Of a stretch of 64,000 bases of DNA, positions 22,857 to 34,385 are shown piece after piece. A program made the position numbers and the translations under genes. Origin of the DNA: Eukaryota sp. TZLM1-RC (lineage: Eukaryota; Protista; Metamonada: BaSk clade); contig JAUPSS010000001.1 of NCBI GenBank assembly GCA_040285825.1, forward strand, positions 2,046,001 through 2,110,000. Direction: 5' to 3'. Each line of letters starts with the position of its first letter. The first letter of the stretch is position 1. The notes below the pieces were generated by a model. The model was not told the DNA's origin, did no database searches, and saw only the letters and a program-made list of their open reading frames with translations.

Positions 22857-23290
22857 AGCGGAAAAGTTAAAGTTTTTTCGTCAATAAAATTATTTTTTTC
22901 AAATGATATTTTTTATTAAAAAACTTATAAATCAACATCTCAACAATCCATTTCTACCAAAACAAAACAACTAAATACAACTCTCTCATAGTTTATTTAT
23001 TATATTTATTCATTCCAAATTTATTACCTTATATGCAAGAGTCATCAAAATAAGACAATTTCTCTAATTTCTTGAAACTGTCTCTCTCCGTGTGCTACAA
23101 GGATGATAAAAAAGTCTAATTTGTTCTATCAACAATTCAGTTAATATACCTTGGTGTTGACAACCTTAAGTCACCACAAATGACGTCTAAATAAATATAT
23201 TCAATTGCACAACCATAGAGAGATTAACTTAAGAAGGTGCTGTGTATACAGTTAGACAGAGCAAATTTCCCACACCAAACAATCCCTTGA

Positions 23291-26200
23291 ATGCCTAAAC
23301 GTAGAGCTAAACCAGAACCCCCCAAAGTAGAGCTTTGTCCACATGTAGATTTGATCAAGGAAACTGGTGCTTTCAACCTACAAAATGTGGAAACACGTGG
23401 TGATGTTTCAGTCCTTGTCGATCCAGTCATCAGTAAAATGTCTATTAGGACACGGGGCACACACTCTGCAGATACTTCCATTAGGTTTCCCAAATCTCCA
23501 AAGACTTTTACACATTCACAACGTTTCCTGTACATACAATACTGCCCACACTCCAGTTTTCTTATCTCTATAGACACTGAATCTCATTCTGGTTCTAACT
23601 TTCGCACATGTGTTTCTTCTTCAATCCCTCGTGGTTCATCCCCTCGTGTTGCTCCTCTCTGCATAACATACCCCACCACTCTTCCTGAGTCTCCTCCTTC
23701 TTGGTGTCAACTCGCCATTGATCTCACAGCCTCTACATCTTCCAAATCCTCCATGTTTGAGTACAAGCGTCTCAAGTCAATAACAATAGGGGGTAGCATC
23801 TCTATTCGTTCAATCTTTCTCTCAGATGTCCTCTACTCTCCCCAAACTCCTCCCCCTACCGTTTCCCTCCCTCCACCACCACGTTCTCTCACATGGAAAG
23901 AGTTTTATACTGCTGAGTTTGTCCCCCGTGATTTACTCCAACATTGCCAACTTGTTTCAGATCCACGCACTGTTCGGCATTTCACCAAGTACGCAGAGAA
24001 TGGGAAGATCGTGGGTTCGATTCCCAGGGGGAGCAGTTTTAAAACAGTGAGTAAACCTAAACCAGAAGTCAAAGAAGGTCCTATCAGTAGCACGTGTGAT
24101 GACGTGGCATTAAGAATTCCTCATCTTTTTGGTCTTAATCCTATGTGCAAACCATTATTATTCCCTAGTAATTCAGCAAAACCATTATTTGTTTTATTTA
24201 GTGTTGGAAATTTCCTATTTCTCAAAGCAGATGATGCCCCCACCTCAATCAACTTTCATACCACAAGGCCTGTGCTTTCCATGCCTCTTGCTGGCCCTAG
24301 CTTGGTTGTGGCAGTTGGAGGGGTTTCTTTCATGACGTCATTAGCTCAGAAAACAGTTGACCAGTCAAGAGGAGTCGCGTTGACCAAAGAAGACCGGTTT
24401 TTGAAGTTTAAAATCGTTTCAGCTCATTTATCACGATTAAGCGGACAACATTCTTTTAGGTATTGGGATTTGAGTTTTGTAAATGATGGGTTGGTCCTGA
24501 CATCTGTCAAGGTGATCTCTTCTAATCTAGGGGCGGGTCAGGTGAAAATTTCAAAAGTTTTGGATGTCTCTATGTCGCCTTCAGGTGATCTCTGCGTAAT
24601 CTCTTTTGTGAGCTCACAATCAGCAGTGTATCTGTCGATCCTAAAATTTGACGATGAAATCCAAAATTTTGCAGTGATAACGTGCCATTCGCTTTACCCT
24701 AATGGTACTTTTAATTCTGATTTAAAATTTGCTTTAAAATTTAATTCTGTTGGGAATTGCTTTTGCGTTTTGTGTAATGAAAAAATCAAGACTTTTACAT
24801 TCAAAAATTCCCAATTACGATCATTTTCACTATCTTTCGAAGGAACCCCTATAAACCAAGTCACGTCAACAGTCAAAAACACACGTAATCAGCTCAAAAT
24901 CATTGCGACTTGCCTTGACTTTGGTTATTACGCCTCTACCGAATCCCTCTTTATCGGAACATCACAAGGTCATGTGTACGTTTCTGAGTACCCTTTTACC
25001 ACCATTTCAATTGGTTTTCTCCTCCACCAATCCCCTTTGAGTGGGCTCTCTTTCAGTAATAATCTGTGCCTCTCTGGAGGTAATGATGGTATGGTTCGTG
25101 TATGGCCAACTCGACCAGAACCATTTAGTTCCTTTTATGTGGAAGTTGCGACTTTTTCACCAGTTTTAAACTGTCAGTTCACGCCTGACGGTCGGTTTGG
25201 ATTGGTTTCATCATTTGATTCAATCAGTTTGATTGATTTATCGACAAAATCTCACTCTATAATACATTCTAGTCCAAATACTGTTACAGAACAACTTCCC
25301 ACTACCTTTAACAGTTTTATTGACTCTGTCGACAATGTAATGTCGTGCATTTCCGCTAATGAGGGTCGAGGTGAGATTGCAGTCGCCGATTTCTTTGAAA
25401 ATTTAAAAATTTTCGACCTCGATACCGGAAGCCAATTATTCGAATTCATTGTTCCAGGTTCAGTTTCTGTTTCAACATTCCATCCAAATAGATATGAGCT
25501 CTTTTGTGGGACTCACGATGGCTATTTATACCAATTTGATGTTATAAAGACGTCACCAATTGCTAGTTTGAGTGTCTGTGAAGGCAATCGTATTGTAGAT
25601 TTGTCTATTAAAAGAGGAAGGGATGCAGAATTTGTGTTTGTTTGTGATGAAAAAGGTAATGTTTATTTAATTAGACCTTTTGAAGGCGTTTTGAGGCTAC
25701 TAGAAACCTTTAAAACCTTTGATAATCCATTATTCATTTCGAACGTGTTCAAATCACGTTACACACTTGCTTGTTCTGGTGATAATTCAATTCGTCTATA
25801 CAATAATAGTGATTTTAAATCAGGCTATCAGTTAGAAATCGGACAACATGACGGTGTTGGTGTTTTTGCAAGCTCCAGTAGTTTGGTTGCTATAGTTTTT
25901 AGAATTGACTGCGAAGATTATGATTTCGTATGCTATTTGTTCAGAATACCAGCAAGTTCAACTAACTCGGATTCTCAGTATGTATTTGAAGCATTTTCGC
26001 CTATCGCCGTCCATAACATTAAATTGCCCTTTTATCCTCCAGATGAAATTTTGGTCTGCCTGACACCTTCTTGTCTAAATATCGTCGCTTTAAACCAATT
26101 ATTTGTATTTTCACTGAATACATCACAATTGGAACAGAGCCCGCTTCCGGGCAAGTCCCAATCTCCCCCACCATCACCCATCCAGCCAAGTTGTTCCCTT

Positions 26201-26359
26201 ATTTTGCCATCTTGTGCTACTCTAATGACAAGTAGTACTGCAGCTGGACATCCCATTTTGCTTATAGGAGATGAAGTGAATTGCGTCTGTGTTGTGGCGC
26301 AGAATGTGAATACCAATAGAATGGTTTCTGATTTGAAAATTTCTACCCGGGTGGATTGA
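23291..26359 (+). CDS. WDR90/POC16-like protein (CFAP20/DUF667-type N-terminal domain + WD40 repeats)
   Basis: QRFLYIQY, WCQLAIDL, LKSITIGGSISIRSIFLSDVLY resemble the WDR90 N-terminus; WD40 elements such as HQSPLSGLSF...LSGGNDGMVRVW. Confidence 0.7.
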   Translation: MPKRRAKPEPPKVELCPHVDLIKETGAFNLQNVETRGDVSVLVDPVISKMSIRTRGTHSADTSIRFPKSPKTFTHSQRFLYIQYCPHSSFLISIDTESHSGSNFRTCVSSSIPRGSSPRVAPLCITYPTTLPESPPSWCQLAIDLTASTSSKSSMFEYKRLKSITIGGSISIRSIFLSDVLYSPQTPPPTVSLPPPPRSLTWKEFYTAEFVPRDLLQHCQLVSDPRTVRHFTKYAENGKIVGSIPRGSSFKTVSKPKPEVKEGPISSTCDDVALRIPHLFGLNPMCKPLLFPSNSAKPLFVLFSVGNFLFLKADDAPTSINFHTTRPVLSMPLAGPSLVVAVGGVSFMTSLAQKTVDQSRGVALTKEDRFLKFKIVSAHLSRLSGQHSFRYWDLSFVNDGLVLTSVKVISSNLGAGQVKISKVLDVSMSPSGDLCVISFVSSQSAVYLSILKFDDEIQNFAVITCHSLYPNGTFNSDLKFALKFNSVGNCFCVLCNEKIKTFTFKNSQLRSFSLSFEGTPINQVTSTVKNTRNQLKIIATCLDFGYYASTESLFIGTSQGHVYVSEYPFTTISIGFLLHQSPLSGLSFSNNLCLSGGNDGMVRVWPTRPEPFSSFYVEVATFSPVLNCQFTPDGRFGLVSSFDSISLIDLSTKSHSIIHSSPNTVTEQLPTTFNSFIDSVDNVMSCISANEGRGEIAVADFFENLKIFDLDTGSQLFEFIVPGSVSVSTFHPNRYELFCGTHDGYLYQFDVIKTSPIASLSVCEGNRIVDLSIKRGRDAEFVFVCDEKGNVYLIRPFEGVLRLLETFKTFDNPLFISNVFKSRYTLACSGDNSIRLYNNSDFKSGYQLEIGQHDGVGVFASSSSLVAIVFRIDCEDYDFVCYLFRIPASSTNSDSQYVFEAFSPIAVHNIKLPFYPPDEILVCLTPSCLNIVALNQLFVFSLNTSQLEQSPLPGKSQSPPPSPIQPSCSLILPSCATLMTSSTAAGHPILLIGDEVNCVCVVAQNVNTNRMVSDLKISTRVD

Positions 26360-26878
26360 TTGATTGATTGCTTGTTTTTTGTGTATATTATTGTTTTTAT
26401 TTAAGCGTAACTGTAAAAGTATATTTATTTTTATTTATTATTTTAGTTTTTTGTATAGAGAGCTGGTACAATTGTCGTCCATCACCACTTGCTTCGTTTT
26501 TGTGGTGTGGCGGGTATGTATGTGGTATTTCTTGTTTCTCAAGAATTTCTACAGCTAATCAGTATTATTATAGGTAAGTCAAATTATTGAATCTTTGAAA
26601 ATGGTGAATAGGAACTACAGAAGTATTAGTAATTTTAAAAGCACATGAAATTGCAATCAATTACCGATAAACTTAGTGTAAGTACTTACGTTGAGGACCA
26701 CTACACATATAATTGTAACCTATTGAACAGGATAATACCATTTCTTTTGTTCATTCTCATCATACATTGCAAGGAAGGGCACGGCTGACGATTCCACATG
26801 GTTCTCAACCACTTTATCTCAAAAACACATCACAAACAATTTTGAAAAACCCTTATTTATTTTGTAGAACAAAAGCTG

Positions 26879-27834
26879 ATGACTACACCATGTCTTCTAA
26901 TGGTGATAGCATACGTATAACTTTCAAACCCCGCCCCAAAGCAACACGAGTGAGATTGTCTGGAGAAGCCTTGGCTGATAAGAGATTTAGAGGGGAACTT
27001 GATTACTACGAAACCACTAGGAATAGAAAACATACCTTGCAAGCCAAGGTTGAACAGCCAAGACCTCGCCAGAAACCAAAAGCTACTGAGTGGCATGCAG
27101 CCGATGATGAAATGGAAATGGTGTTCTTGGCCATCGACCCCAACCACTCAAATCTATGTGGTTCCAGTATTGGAACTCGTTCAGGGCTGACCGTATCCAA
27201 TATCTTCTCGGCACCAAAGCAACGAAAAATCAATCACTCCAATTCACTGACCTACTCATCAATAGATGTTTATGACGTGCAAAAATCGAACCATTGTCTG
27301 CTTGAAATATCAACTATCGGTGACTATAAGGACTATGAAGGTAATAACGTAAGACGATCATTGCTAAAGCAGCAATTATATCTGAGTGCTCGAAAAGCAT
27401 TGAGGAGAAACACTCTTGACTTCTTTATAAGAAAACAAAAAAATTCATCTCCATTATCAACAAAGTGAAAAAATTTGCAAACGGTCGAGAAGTAAAGGTG
27501 TGGTTTGGCATTGGAGGTGGTGGTACATCACGTCAAAAAGTGAAAACTCCACGTGAGGCGTTTCTCAAGTTGTTACAATGTTCATTTGCTAATGTGAAGA
27601 TTGGAGTGAATACAAGACATTTGTCAGGTGAACTACTGCAAGATGCTACACCAAAAGATCTATCGAGAAGTTGATGGTGAAGTTAAAATTCACAACGCCT
27701 ATTTCAGTTGTCCGGAATGTAATCAAGTATGGTCTAGAGACATTTCCGCATCACTAAATCAGCTAGAAATTGCAGTTAGTGAGCACTACTATGGAACAAG
27801 ACCAGAAGCGTTCCAGAGACTGGAAAGAAACTAG
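26879..27834 (+). pseudogene. Fanzor/TnpB-like nuclease, family A copy 2
   Basis: Highly similar to 3440-4397 in opposite orientation; VFLAIDPN and WSRDISASLN intact; frameshift near 27440 and small deletions at 27605-27625 disrupt RuvC-II. Confidence 0.88.
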
Positions 27835-27849
27835 CTTCAAAACTGCAGT

Positions 27850-28827
27850 TATAAAAAGAATCAAATGTGAAGAGGAAATAATTAAATCTCTTCCCAATTT
27901 TACATTCGGGCGATGATCTACGTCTAGGTTCTATCATTACCATCTACGCAATCCGAGGTGTCAGTACAAGAAATATCTAACGAATAATCAGAAAATTCTT
28001 TGAAACTGCAGCAATTCAAGGAGTACATTAACATGAAATAACTCCACGATGAATTGCTCTGTCCCATTTACCAAATTTACCCCCTGTTTAGGCGCCACAC
28101 TGTACACAAATTAGTGAATAAACAAAAGAGTGAGGTTGCCTGGATTAACTGATTAAAACGTAAGTTGAAAGCTGATGCTCAAAACATTGTAATTGGCTTT
28201 GGTGATTGAGACGCTAAGACCAATCGCAAAGGTAAAACCAGCACAATTGAGGTGTTGGGCTAAGAAGAATTCTGAGGAAAACTGGTATAAAAGTATACTT
28301 GGTAGACGAGTATCGTACCAGTAAGAGATGTGCTGCTTGTGTTGAGCATCATCGTGAAGGAAATACCAAATTCGATGTAAAGTTCAAAGATCCAAATGCC
28401 TATAAGAGATTGAAACGTAAGAAGACGAGGTTAAAGAATGACTTGTGAGTGGCTGAAAAACAGGATCATGAAGTTGATGCTATTCAAAATCTAATATATT
28501 ACTTATTGAACATCCACCATAATTGAATTAATTCATAACTAATGGGACGAATATCATTGAACCAACATTTCCTCTACAAAATCTTGAAAACAAAATTCAA
28601 GGTCTTCAACACAATTGGAATCTAAAGCAACACGATGTCAAACTAGTCCCATGCAATGGACTGCTACACTGTCAACACAGTGAAAGTGGCGTCTGTTGGG
28701 AAAGTAAATTTGGGATAGGGATGTTAACAGTGCTCAGAGCATGTACAGGATTACGTATTCTCATATTCATGATAATTGTAGACCAATGGTACTGCAACGA
28801 GTAGTGAGGGTGGGAAAGATTGTTTAG
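27850..28827 (+). pseudogene. Fanzor1-like nuclease, family B remnant (not in ORF track)
   Basis: Manual translation FKEYINMK..LFRRH..NKQKSE..NIVIGFGD*..GVGLRRILRKTGIKVYLVDEYRTSKRCAAC...CNGLLHC...WDRDVNSAQSMYRI..RPMVLQR; multiple stops and frameshifts; RuvC-I missing. Confidence 0.82.
28493..28584 (-). mobile_element. ~90-bp 3' tip of CRE family B inserted in Fanzor B
   Basis: Matches about 51611-51695; flanked by CAAAATCT at 28485-28492 and 28577-28584; removal restores DAIQNLENKIQ. Confidence 0.75.
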
Positions 28828-28956
28828 AGTATTGATATTAAGATTTATTAACTGGATAAAAACATGCATATTTTGAGATTCCATGATAGATTTTCCAAGA
28901 CTTCCGATCCAAATTGGGTAATTCTCTAATAACTCCAAAATCATATTGATTTCCCA

Positions 28957-31900
28957 ATGTCGTCAGAGTTTTCTGTTGGACTCGGTAGCGATAGAACAAC
29001 AGAGTCTCATCCTAGATATAGTACTTTCGGCTCCAAAGTACGTGCGTTGTTGTTAACGCTTCAAGCTCTTCAACTTGCTGGTTTCGTACTCCGCAGTGTG
29101 TCATTCCACTGGATATTCGACCCAAGTGCATTTTTAAATATCATCAATGCCGCATTTTATGATGACTTCTTCCCATCGGCTCGTACTCCTGTCTTCATCA
29201 TTGGTCTTGTCTTAGTCATGATTTGTTTGTTGTCTCATCTTCTACTAGACAAGAATTTGCTGAGCAATCCAGGTTCAGTGTCTGTGCTTCAAAAGATACT
29301 TTCATACCTATTTCAACTGCTCAGTAGCGTACTCTTCATTCCACTTGCCTCCCTGTTTCTCTCATTCGTTCCTTGTGGCAGATCTGAAGAAGTTCAAGGT
29401 CTCACGTTCTCAGAAGGTCTCACAAACTGCTCATCAAATGTGACGATGGCTTTCCAGATTCTCGCACTCCTTGGCTTTGGTCTTCTCACCTGCCTGTCCC
29501 TACTCTGGCACTGTGTTCTAGACGGTCATGAGGATCCCACTAGCAGAAAGAAACATTCACGATCGCATCACCATGCCCATTTCATCTTTGTTCTCTCCCA
29601 ATCCGTATTTCTTTTTGTTTTCTTCGTTTTGCACACCAGAATTTGGTTGTTCCGGACCGTCTTCCTTTTTTCCTCTCTCTCAACCCTTCTTTCCTTTCTC
29701 TATCTCGTTCCTTATTACCATAAGAGAACCAATGTTTTGGTACTTGGTCTACTTGGCTTATGGACCGGGTCTGCTGTTGTTTTAATCACCCGTTCCTTAC
29801 TAGAATTGTTTCTCCAAGACTCTGTTGTTGTGGAATCACTTTTGGTATCATCATCAATTGTTTATTTCGTTTTGATTTTGTTTATAGCTGCTTCTCTTTT
29901 TACTGGATACTATAGGTACAAATCAATCACTGCACATTTACGAAATTTTCATGATTATTTTGTTACCAACAACGTTATTGTCGATGATGATATTGTCGAT
30001 GGTTTTGATCTTTCGACACTTGATTTTGACCGGTTTAAAACCCCTTATTCCGCAGATATTCTCTCTAGAGGTATTTTTCCCAAACCAAATCAATCTATTT
30101 ACTGCAATTCTATCAGATTGCTCAATACGATTGCTCAATCCCACCGTCCTGAGTCTTTTTTTATTATCTTTGTCAAATCCAAGTTTGAATTGTTCATTTC
30201 CAAAGACGTTCATGAAGCCACAGTGTCACTCAACTTGCTTAAAAACTTGGATATGGATTTTCGATATGATCAAAAGTATTTGATTAATGAGCTATTGCAC
30301 CAATTGGAGGTCTTGAGACGTCAACAGTCGACAGGTCAAAATGTCGACTCTTCAAACTTTATCAGGGTCCAACGGCAACAGAAGCAGTTAACAACCCTTC
30401 ACCAAGAATGTCTTTCTGGTCTCTTTAGCTTTTGGAAATCTCTCTCAGCAGATCATGTAGACCTCAACACTCTTCCTCCTTTATTAGAAAAGGTACAACG
30501 AAAGAAAAGAGTTGCTCATTCTTTGTTTCAGCGGCTGCTTTCCACTCAAGAAGGGGAGCGCCATACCTTACTTTCTTCTTATGCCAATTTTGTCAGAGAT
30601 GTGGATTGCGATGAGGAGAGAGCAGTGTGGTTAGAGGAGCAAGTGGACATGCTGTCAAGTGATAAGTCATCCAGCATGGGTTCGTCATTTGCTAGTTCTT
30701 TCAAAGCATCTTCCACTAGGAATACCTCACAAAGATTGAAATCTTTGGCCCTTGCAAACGACAGTGCTTCAGAAAAGAAACGTAAATCTGCGATTGCCAT
30801 TTTAAGATTTTCAGTGATTATGGCTTTTTTAACGTTATTTGTTATATCAATTTTCTCCTATTTCATCACTTCCAATGTTTTAAATAGAGTTTCGGATTCA
30901 ATGGATCAGATTGTTGAGATTTCACATGCCAAGTATACTGGCAGTGACCTAGTATTGCTCTCCACCAGATCTTATTTGGATATTTCTTCTGCTGATACTG
31001 TCTTTTCATCTAGTCTTGAACAGGCAGCCCCCCAGGCACAGCATTTAAATTTCCATTTACGAAGACTTTCCCTTCCTTTTAATTACGAACCTGTGTCCCA
31101 CTGTCCAAGGGCTGGAGATCGAGAGGTTGAGCCACCTTCAGAAGAATTCCAAGCTTCTTTGTTTGATGCACAGTATCCTTTGATAATAGAAGAATCTGCT
31201 GTTCCGTCTGTCACTAGATCTGAGATTCTTTCAGCTTTTGCATTGGGGCTGAGACACTCGCTAGAATCTGCTTTGTTTGCAGAACAGATTATTAATGATG
31301 AAAATGTAAGTCATGTTGATTTGGGCAATGTACGGAGTTTGTATAGTGCTTTCGAGAATGCAATCAGGTCACAATCAAGAATTTTGATTACGGAAACTCT
31401 CGATTTTTTTGATTTTTCTTTTTCTTTAATGATTTTATTTACGGTATTGGTATGCATTATTATTATTTTCATTGCCTTGGGTCTATTTAAACGGTCGTTA
31501 ACTAAAATTTCAAATGAAAGATGCGAAATTATCAATTTGTTTTTACATATTCCTAAAGCCGAAATTTTACTGATTCTACAACATCCAAAGTTCAAAAAAA
31601 GAAAGAAAAAGGGGGTAAGTCTATCTCAAACTGAAATTTTTGATGATTCTTGTTCTGATTCTGATTACGACACCAAGCTAGGAGATCACTCAGAAAATGA
31701 TAACACTTTACAAAAATTTGCAAAAGATCACGATTTATGTGTGGAAATGGAACATTTAGATTCAGGAACTCATGAAGAAACGACTGTTGTCCCTATTCTA
31801 ATTAGACTCTTGGCTTTTTCCTTAGTCGTCATTATAACCATTATTTTGATTTTCATTTACATTTCTCTAAATGCTGCAAACCACAATGTAAATTCTGCAC

Positions 31901-34146
31901 AGGAAATTTTAGAATCAGCTCTTGAAATCAGAGACTTGTCGATGGAGATTACCTCAATTGATCGTAATAGAGTGACATTTGCTCAGTTGTTCACTTATTT
32001 TGGGGACGAATACTACTTGAATCAGTATCTCAAACTTCGAAATGGGTTTGCTCGCGAAGATTTTGTTAATGAAATGCTGTTTCTGCGGCTTTCGAGTCAA
32101 CATTTATCAAGAATTAGTGAATCAGCCACTCTATTCCACACAATGAAGTATTTAGAAGATGTTTCTCTCACTTTGTCAACATTTGCGTTCCAACCTGATG
32201 AATCACTGGCTCAAAGATGGTCTGATTATGATTATAATATTTTAAATGAAGAATTTCACCTCGAAAATAGACTTTCTTATCCCGATATAAATTGGTATTC
32301 AAACAGATCAGCCGACACTAGTAAAGATCACGACGAAATTTTGGCCTTGTCACGAGATGTCATAATGAGCCCCCGATACCTCGATGTTTTGAGAGATTCA
32401 TTCGATTCACTTGAAGGAACGTCCAACAGACTAATGGAGATCAATCGGCATGAAGTGTTTCAAATTTTGCAAGGTGTTGGTCTTGAATGGAGATTGCTGT
32501 TTATTAAAGCAATTGTTGCCCTTGTTGTTTGCTCTGTTTTGACGTATGTTTCTTTCCATTTCAGAACAAAGTTGAGAAGAATGCAGATTATTCCCACAAT
32601 TTCTGCTGGTTTTTCAGTCGTTTTGCTACTTGTGCTTCTGTTTTTGCTTTATAATTCACGCAACAATGATGTTGAAAATTATGAAAATTTGACAACTCAA
32701 ATATTTGACATTTACTCTAGCGTTGTTCAACTTGAAGCAAATTTTCAAACTCTTCTCAGACGCTCCATCTCTCAACCCTTTGAAGATTCAATTATGGAGT
32801 GGACTTTAGGACATAATAACAGGTTAAGTGGTTTGTCTCTTCTTGAAGATCTGCTGTCAAAACAAATCGTTTCCCACCCAGACCTTGAACCTTTATCAAA
32901 TCGTTTAAAGGATTATTTAGAACCTATTCCTGATTTAATTGATGAATTCACATTTTATTGTGATGTTGCTAATACTTTAAGTTTGTCTGCATATGGCAAT
33001 CTACCTCCTGAATTAGAATCATTCACTTGGGATATGTCAAATACTACTATTGGAAGTTACAACTTGAATCTGCCAGGTGGACTGGAATTAACCAACAGTA
33101 AAGATGATTTGGATCAAAGCCAAGAGGAATTGATTAAATTGGCATCTGCAGTGGCTTCATCAAGACGTTTTATTTCTTTGGGTTATGAGATTCTCGATGT
33201 GTTTTCTATTTTAGATGATATTGTAAGAGAAGAGTACATTGAAATTAAAAATTCGATTACGAATTATAACTCAACTGAACATTCCGTATTGTTCTCAGTC
33301 TTAATTGTTATCTTTGTGTCATCATTTACTACTCTTTGTATAATTCTTGTAGCTGGTTCCGCATCACATAAGCTTGCTGAACACGTCAAACAAAGAGTCA
33401 AATGTGACCATTTAGCAAATTACACGAAGAAGTATGTTGTTTGTCTAGCTACTATTTTCTTTTTACTATCACTTTTCTACATTGGTTCTTTATTTGCCTT
33501 TGTCAATCTCAGAGGCTACCCGTCTATGTTGTTACAGAATGGTGAAAGAGTAGAGATGGTGATTCAAGCAACAAAAGAATTATGTTTTTCAGCTCTGGAT
33601 GAGTTTAATACTGAACGTCATGTACAAAATGCTCTAAGTATCATTGATGAAGTTGTTAATATTCATAATGAACTTCTACTTGAAAGCAGCAACATTAATG
33701 AGGACCTCAGTAGCTTATTGTTCAATGCAAATGCTTTAAATGATGAAGAGTTCACCTTGAAACGTCATGATGGGTTTCACACATTGTTGTCACATTTTGT
33801 AACTAGTGTTCGAAATATTGGATCTGTTCATTATAGTGGAGATTACTTATCTGATTTTGTTTCAATTAACGAAATGTCAGATATTTTGGCACATTTAGGG
33901 CTTGATTCTCTTGACATAATTCATGAACATGTTGGAGCGAGAATTAATTTTTTTGTGGTTTTGATAATAATCGTTTTTGTCATTTTTGTTCTTTCCTTGG
34001 CTCTCTGCTATTTCTTGGTTTTTCGTAAAATGCTGAGTGCCCTCCAAGAGGAAGAAAACACCAGTTTTGAATTTTTGAATATGATTTCCGAAGACATTCT
34101 TTCAAGTGTAGATCATATTCGAAATTTTATTTCTGATAGATTTTAG
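28957..34146 (+). CDS. 1729-aa polytopic membrane protein, TmcB/TmcC-like
   Basis: N-terminal multi-TM block (LFIPLASLF, LVPYYH), helical region with FWKSL and LLSSYANFVRDV, repeated TM/sensor modules ending in LFLHIP and FLNMIS; no cyclase or PAS domain recognised. Confidence 0.65.
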   Translation: MSSEFSVGLGSDRTTESHPRYSTFGSKVRALLLTLQALQLAGFVLRSVSFHWIFDPSAFLNIINAAFYDDFFPSARTPVFIIGLVLVMICLLSHLLLDKNLLSNPGSVSVLQKILSYLFQLLSSVLFIPLASLFLSFVPCGRSEEVQGLTFSEGLTNCSSNVTMAFQILALLGFGLLTCLSLLWHCVLDGHEDPTSRKKHSRSHHHAHFIFVLSQSVFLFVFFVLHTRIWLFRTVFLFSSLSTLLSFLYLVPYYHKRTNVLVLGLLGLWTGSAVVLITRSLLELFLQDSVVVESLLVSSSIVYFVLILFIAASLFTGYYRYKSITAHLRNFHDYFVTNNVIVDDDIVDGFDLSTLDFDRFKTPYSADILSRGIFPKPNQSIYCNSIRLLNTIAQSHRPESFFIIFVKSKFELFISKDVHEATVSLNLLKNLDMDFRYDQKYLINELLHQLEVLRRQQSTGQNVDSSNFIRVQRQQKQLTTLHQECLSGLFSFWKSLSADHVDLNTLPPLLEKVQRKKRVAHSLFQRLLSTQEGERHTLLSSYANFVRDVDCDEERAVWLEEQVDMLSSDKSSSMGSSFASSFKASSTRNTSQRLKSLALANDSASEKKRKSAIAILRFSVIMAFLTLFVISIFSYFITSNVLNRVSDSMDQIVEISHAKYTGSDLVLLSTRSYLDISSADTVFSSSLEQAAPQAQHLNFHLRRLSLPFNYEPVSHCPRAGDREVEPPSEEFQASLFDAQYPLIIEESAVPSVTRSEILSAFALGLRHSLESALFAEQIINDENVSHVDLGNVRSLYSAFENAIRSQSRILITETLDFFDFSFSLMILFTVLVCIIIIFIALGLFKRSLTKISNERCEIINLFLHIPKAEILLILQHPKFKKRKKKGVSLSQTEIFDDSCSDSDYDTKLGDHSENDNTLQKFAKDHDLCVEMEHLDSGTHEETTVVPILIRLLAFSLVVIITIILIFIYISLNAANHNVNSAQEILESALEIRDLSMEITSIDRNRVTFAQLFTYFGDEYYLNQYLKLRNGFAREDFVNEMLFLRLSSQHLSRISESATLFHTMKYLEDVSLTLSTFAFQPDESLAQRWSDYDYNILNEEFHLENRLSYPDINWYSNRSADTSKDHDEILALSRDVIMSPRYLDVLRDSFDSLEGTSNRLMEINRHEVFQILQGVGLEWRLLFIKAIVALVVCSVLTYVSFHFRTKLRRMQIIPTISAGFSVVLLLVLLFLLYNSRNNDVENYENLTTQIFDIYSSVVQLEANFQTLLRRSISQPFEDSIMEWTLGHNNRLSGLSLLEDLLSKQIVSHPDLEPLSNRLKDYLEPIPDLIDEFTFYCDVANTLSLSAYGNLPPELESFTWDMSNTTIGSYNLNLPGGLELTNSKDDLDQSQEELIKLASAVASSRRFISLGYEILDVFSILDDIVREEYIEIKNSITNYNSTEHSVLFSVLIVIFVSSFTTLCIILVAGSASHKLAEHVKQRVKCDHLANYTKKYVVCLATIFFLLSLFYIGSLFAFVNLRGYPSMLLQNGERVEMVIQATKELCFSALDEFNTERHVQNALSIIDEVVNIHNELLLESSNINEDLSSLLFNANALNDEEFTLKRHDGFHTLLSHFVTSVRNIGSVHYSGDYLSDFVSINEMSDILAHLGLDSLDIIHEHVGARINFFVVLIIIVFVIFVLSLALCYFLVFRKMLSALQEEENTSFEFLNMISEDILSSVDHIRNFISDRF

Positions 34147-34385
34147 TTGTAGTGAGACCTGTATATATTTAATGAGATATAAATTTGTTTTTTCATCACT
34201 TGAAATTTTTTTTGTTTAATATTGAACCATTGACAGCACGCAACACGTATCGTCTTCCATAATAGCAGGTCACGTCAGCAGCATTTACAACAACATTTAG
34301 GGTAATTTGAAGCAATTTCTAATTGATTAATCATAATTTTCAAGATATATTCCAAAAGTGTAAAACAAGTGAAATAGTTGCATAC

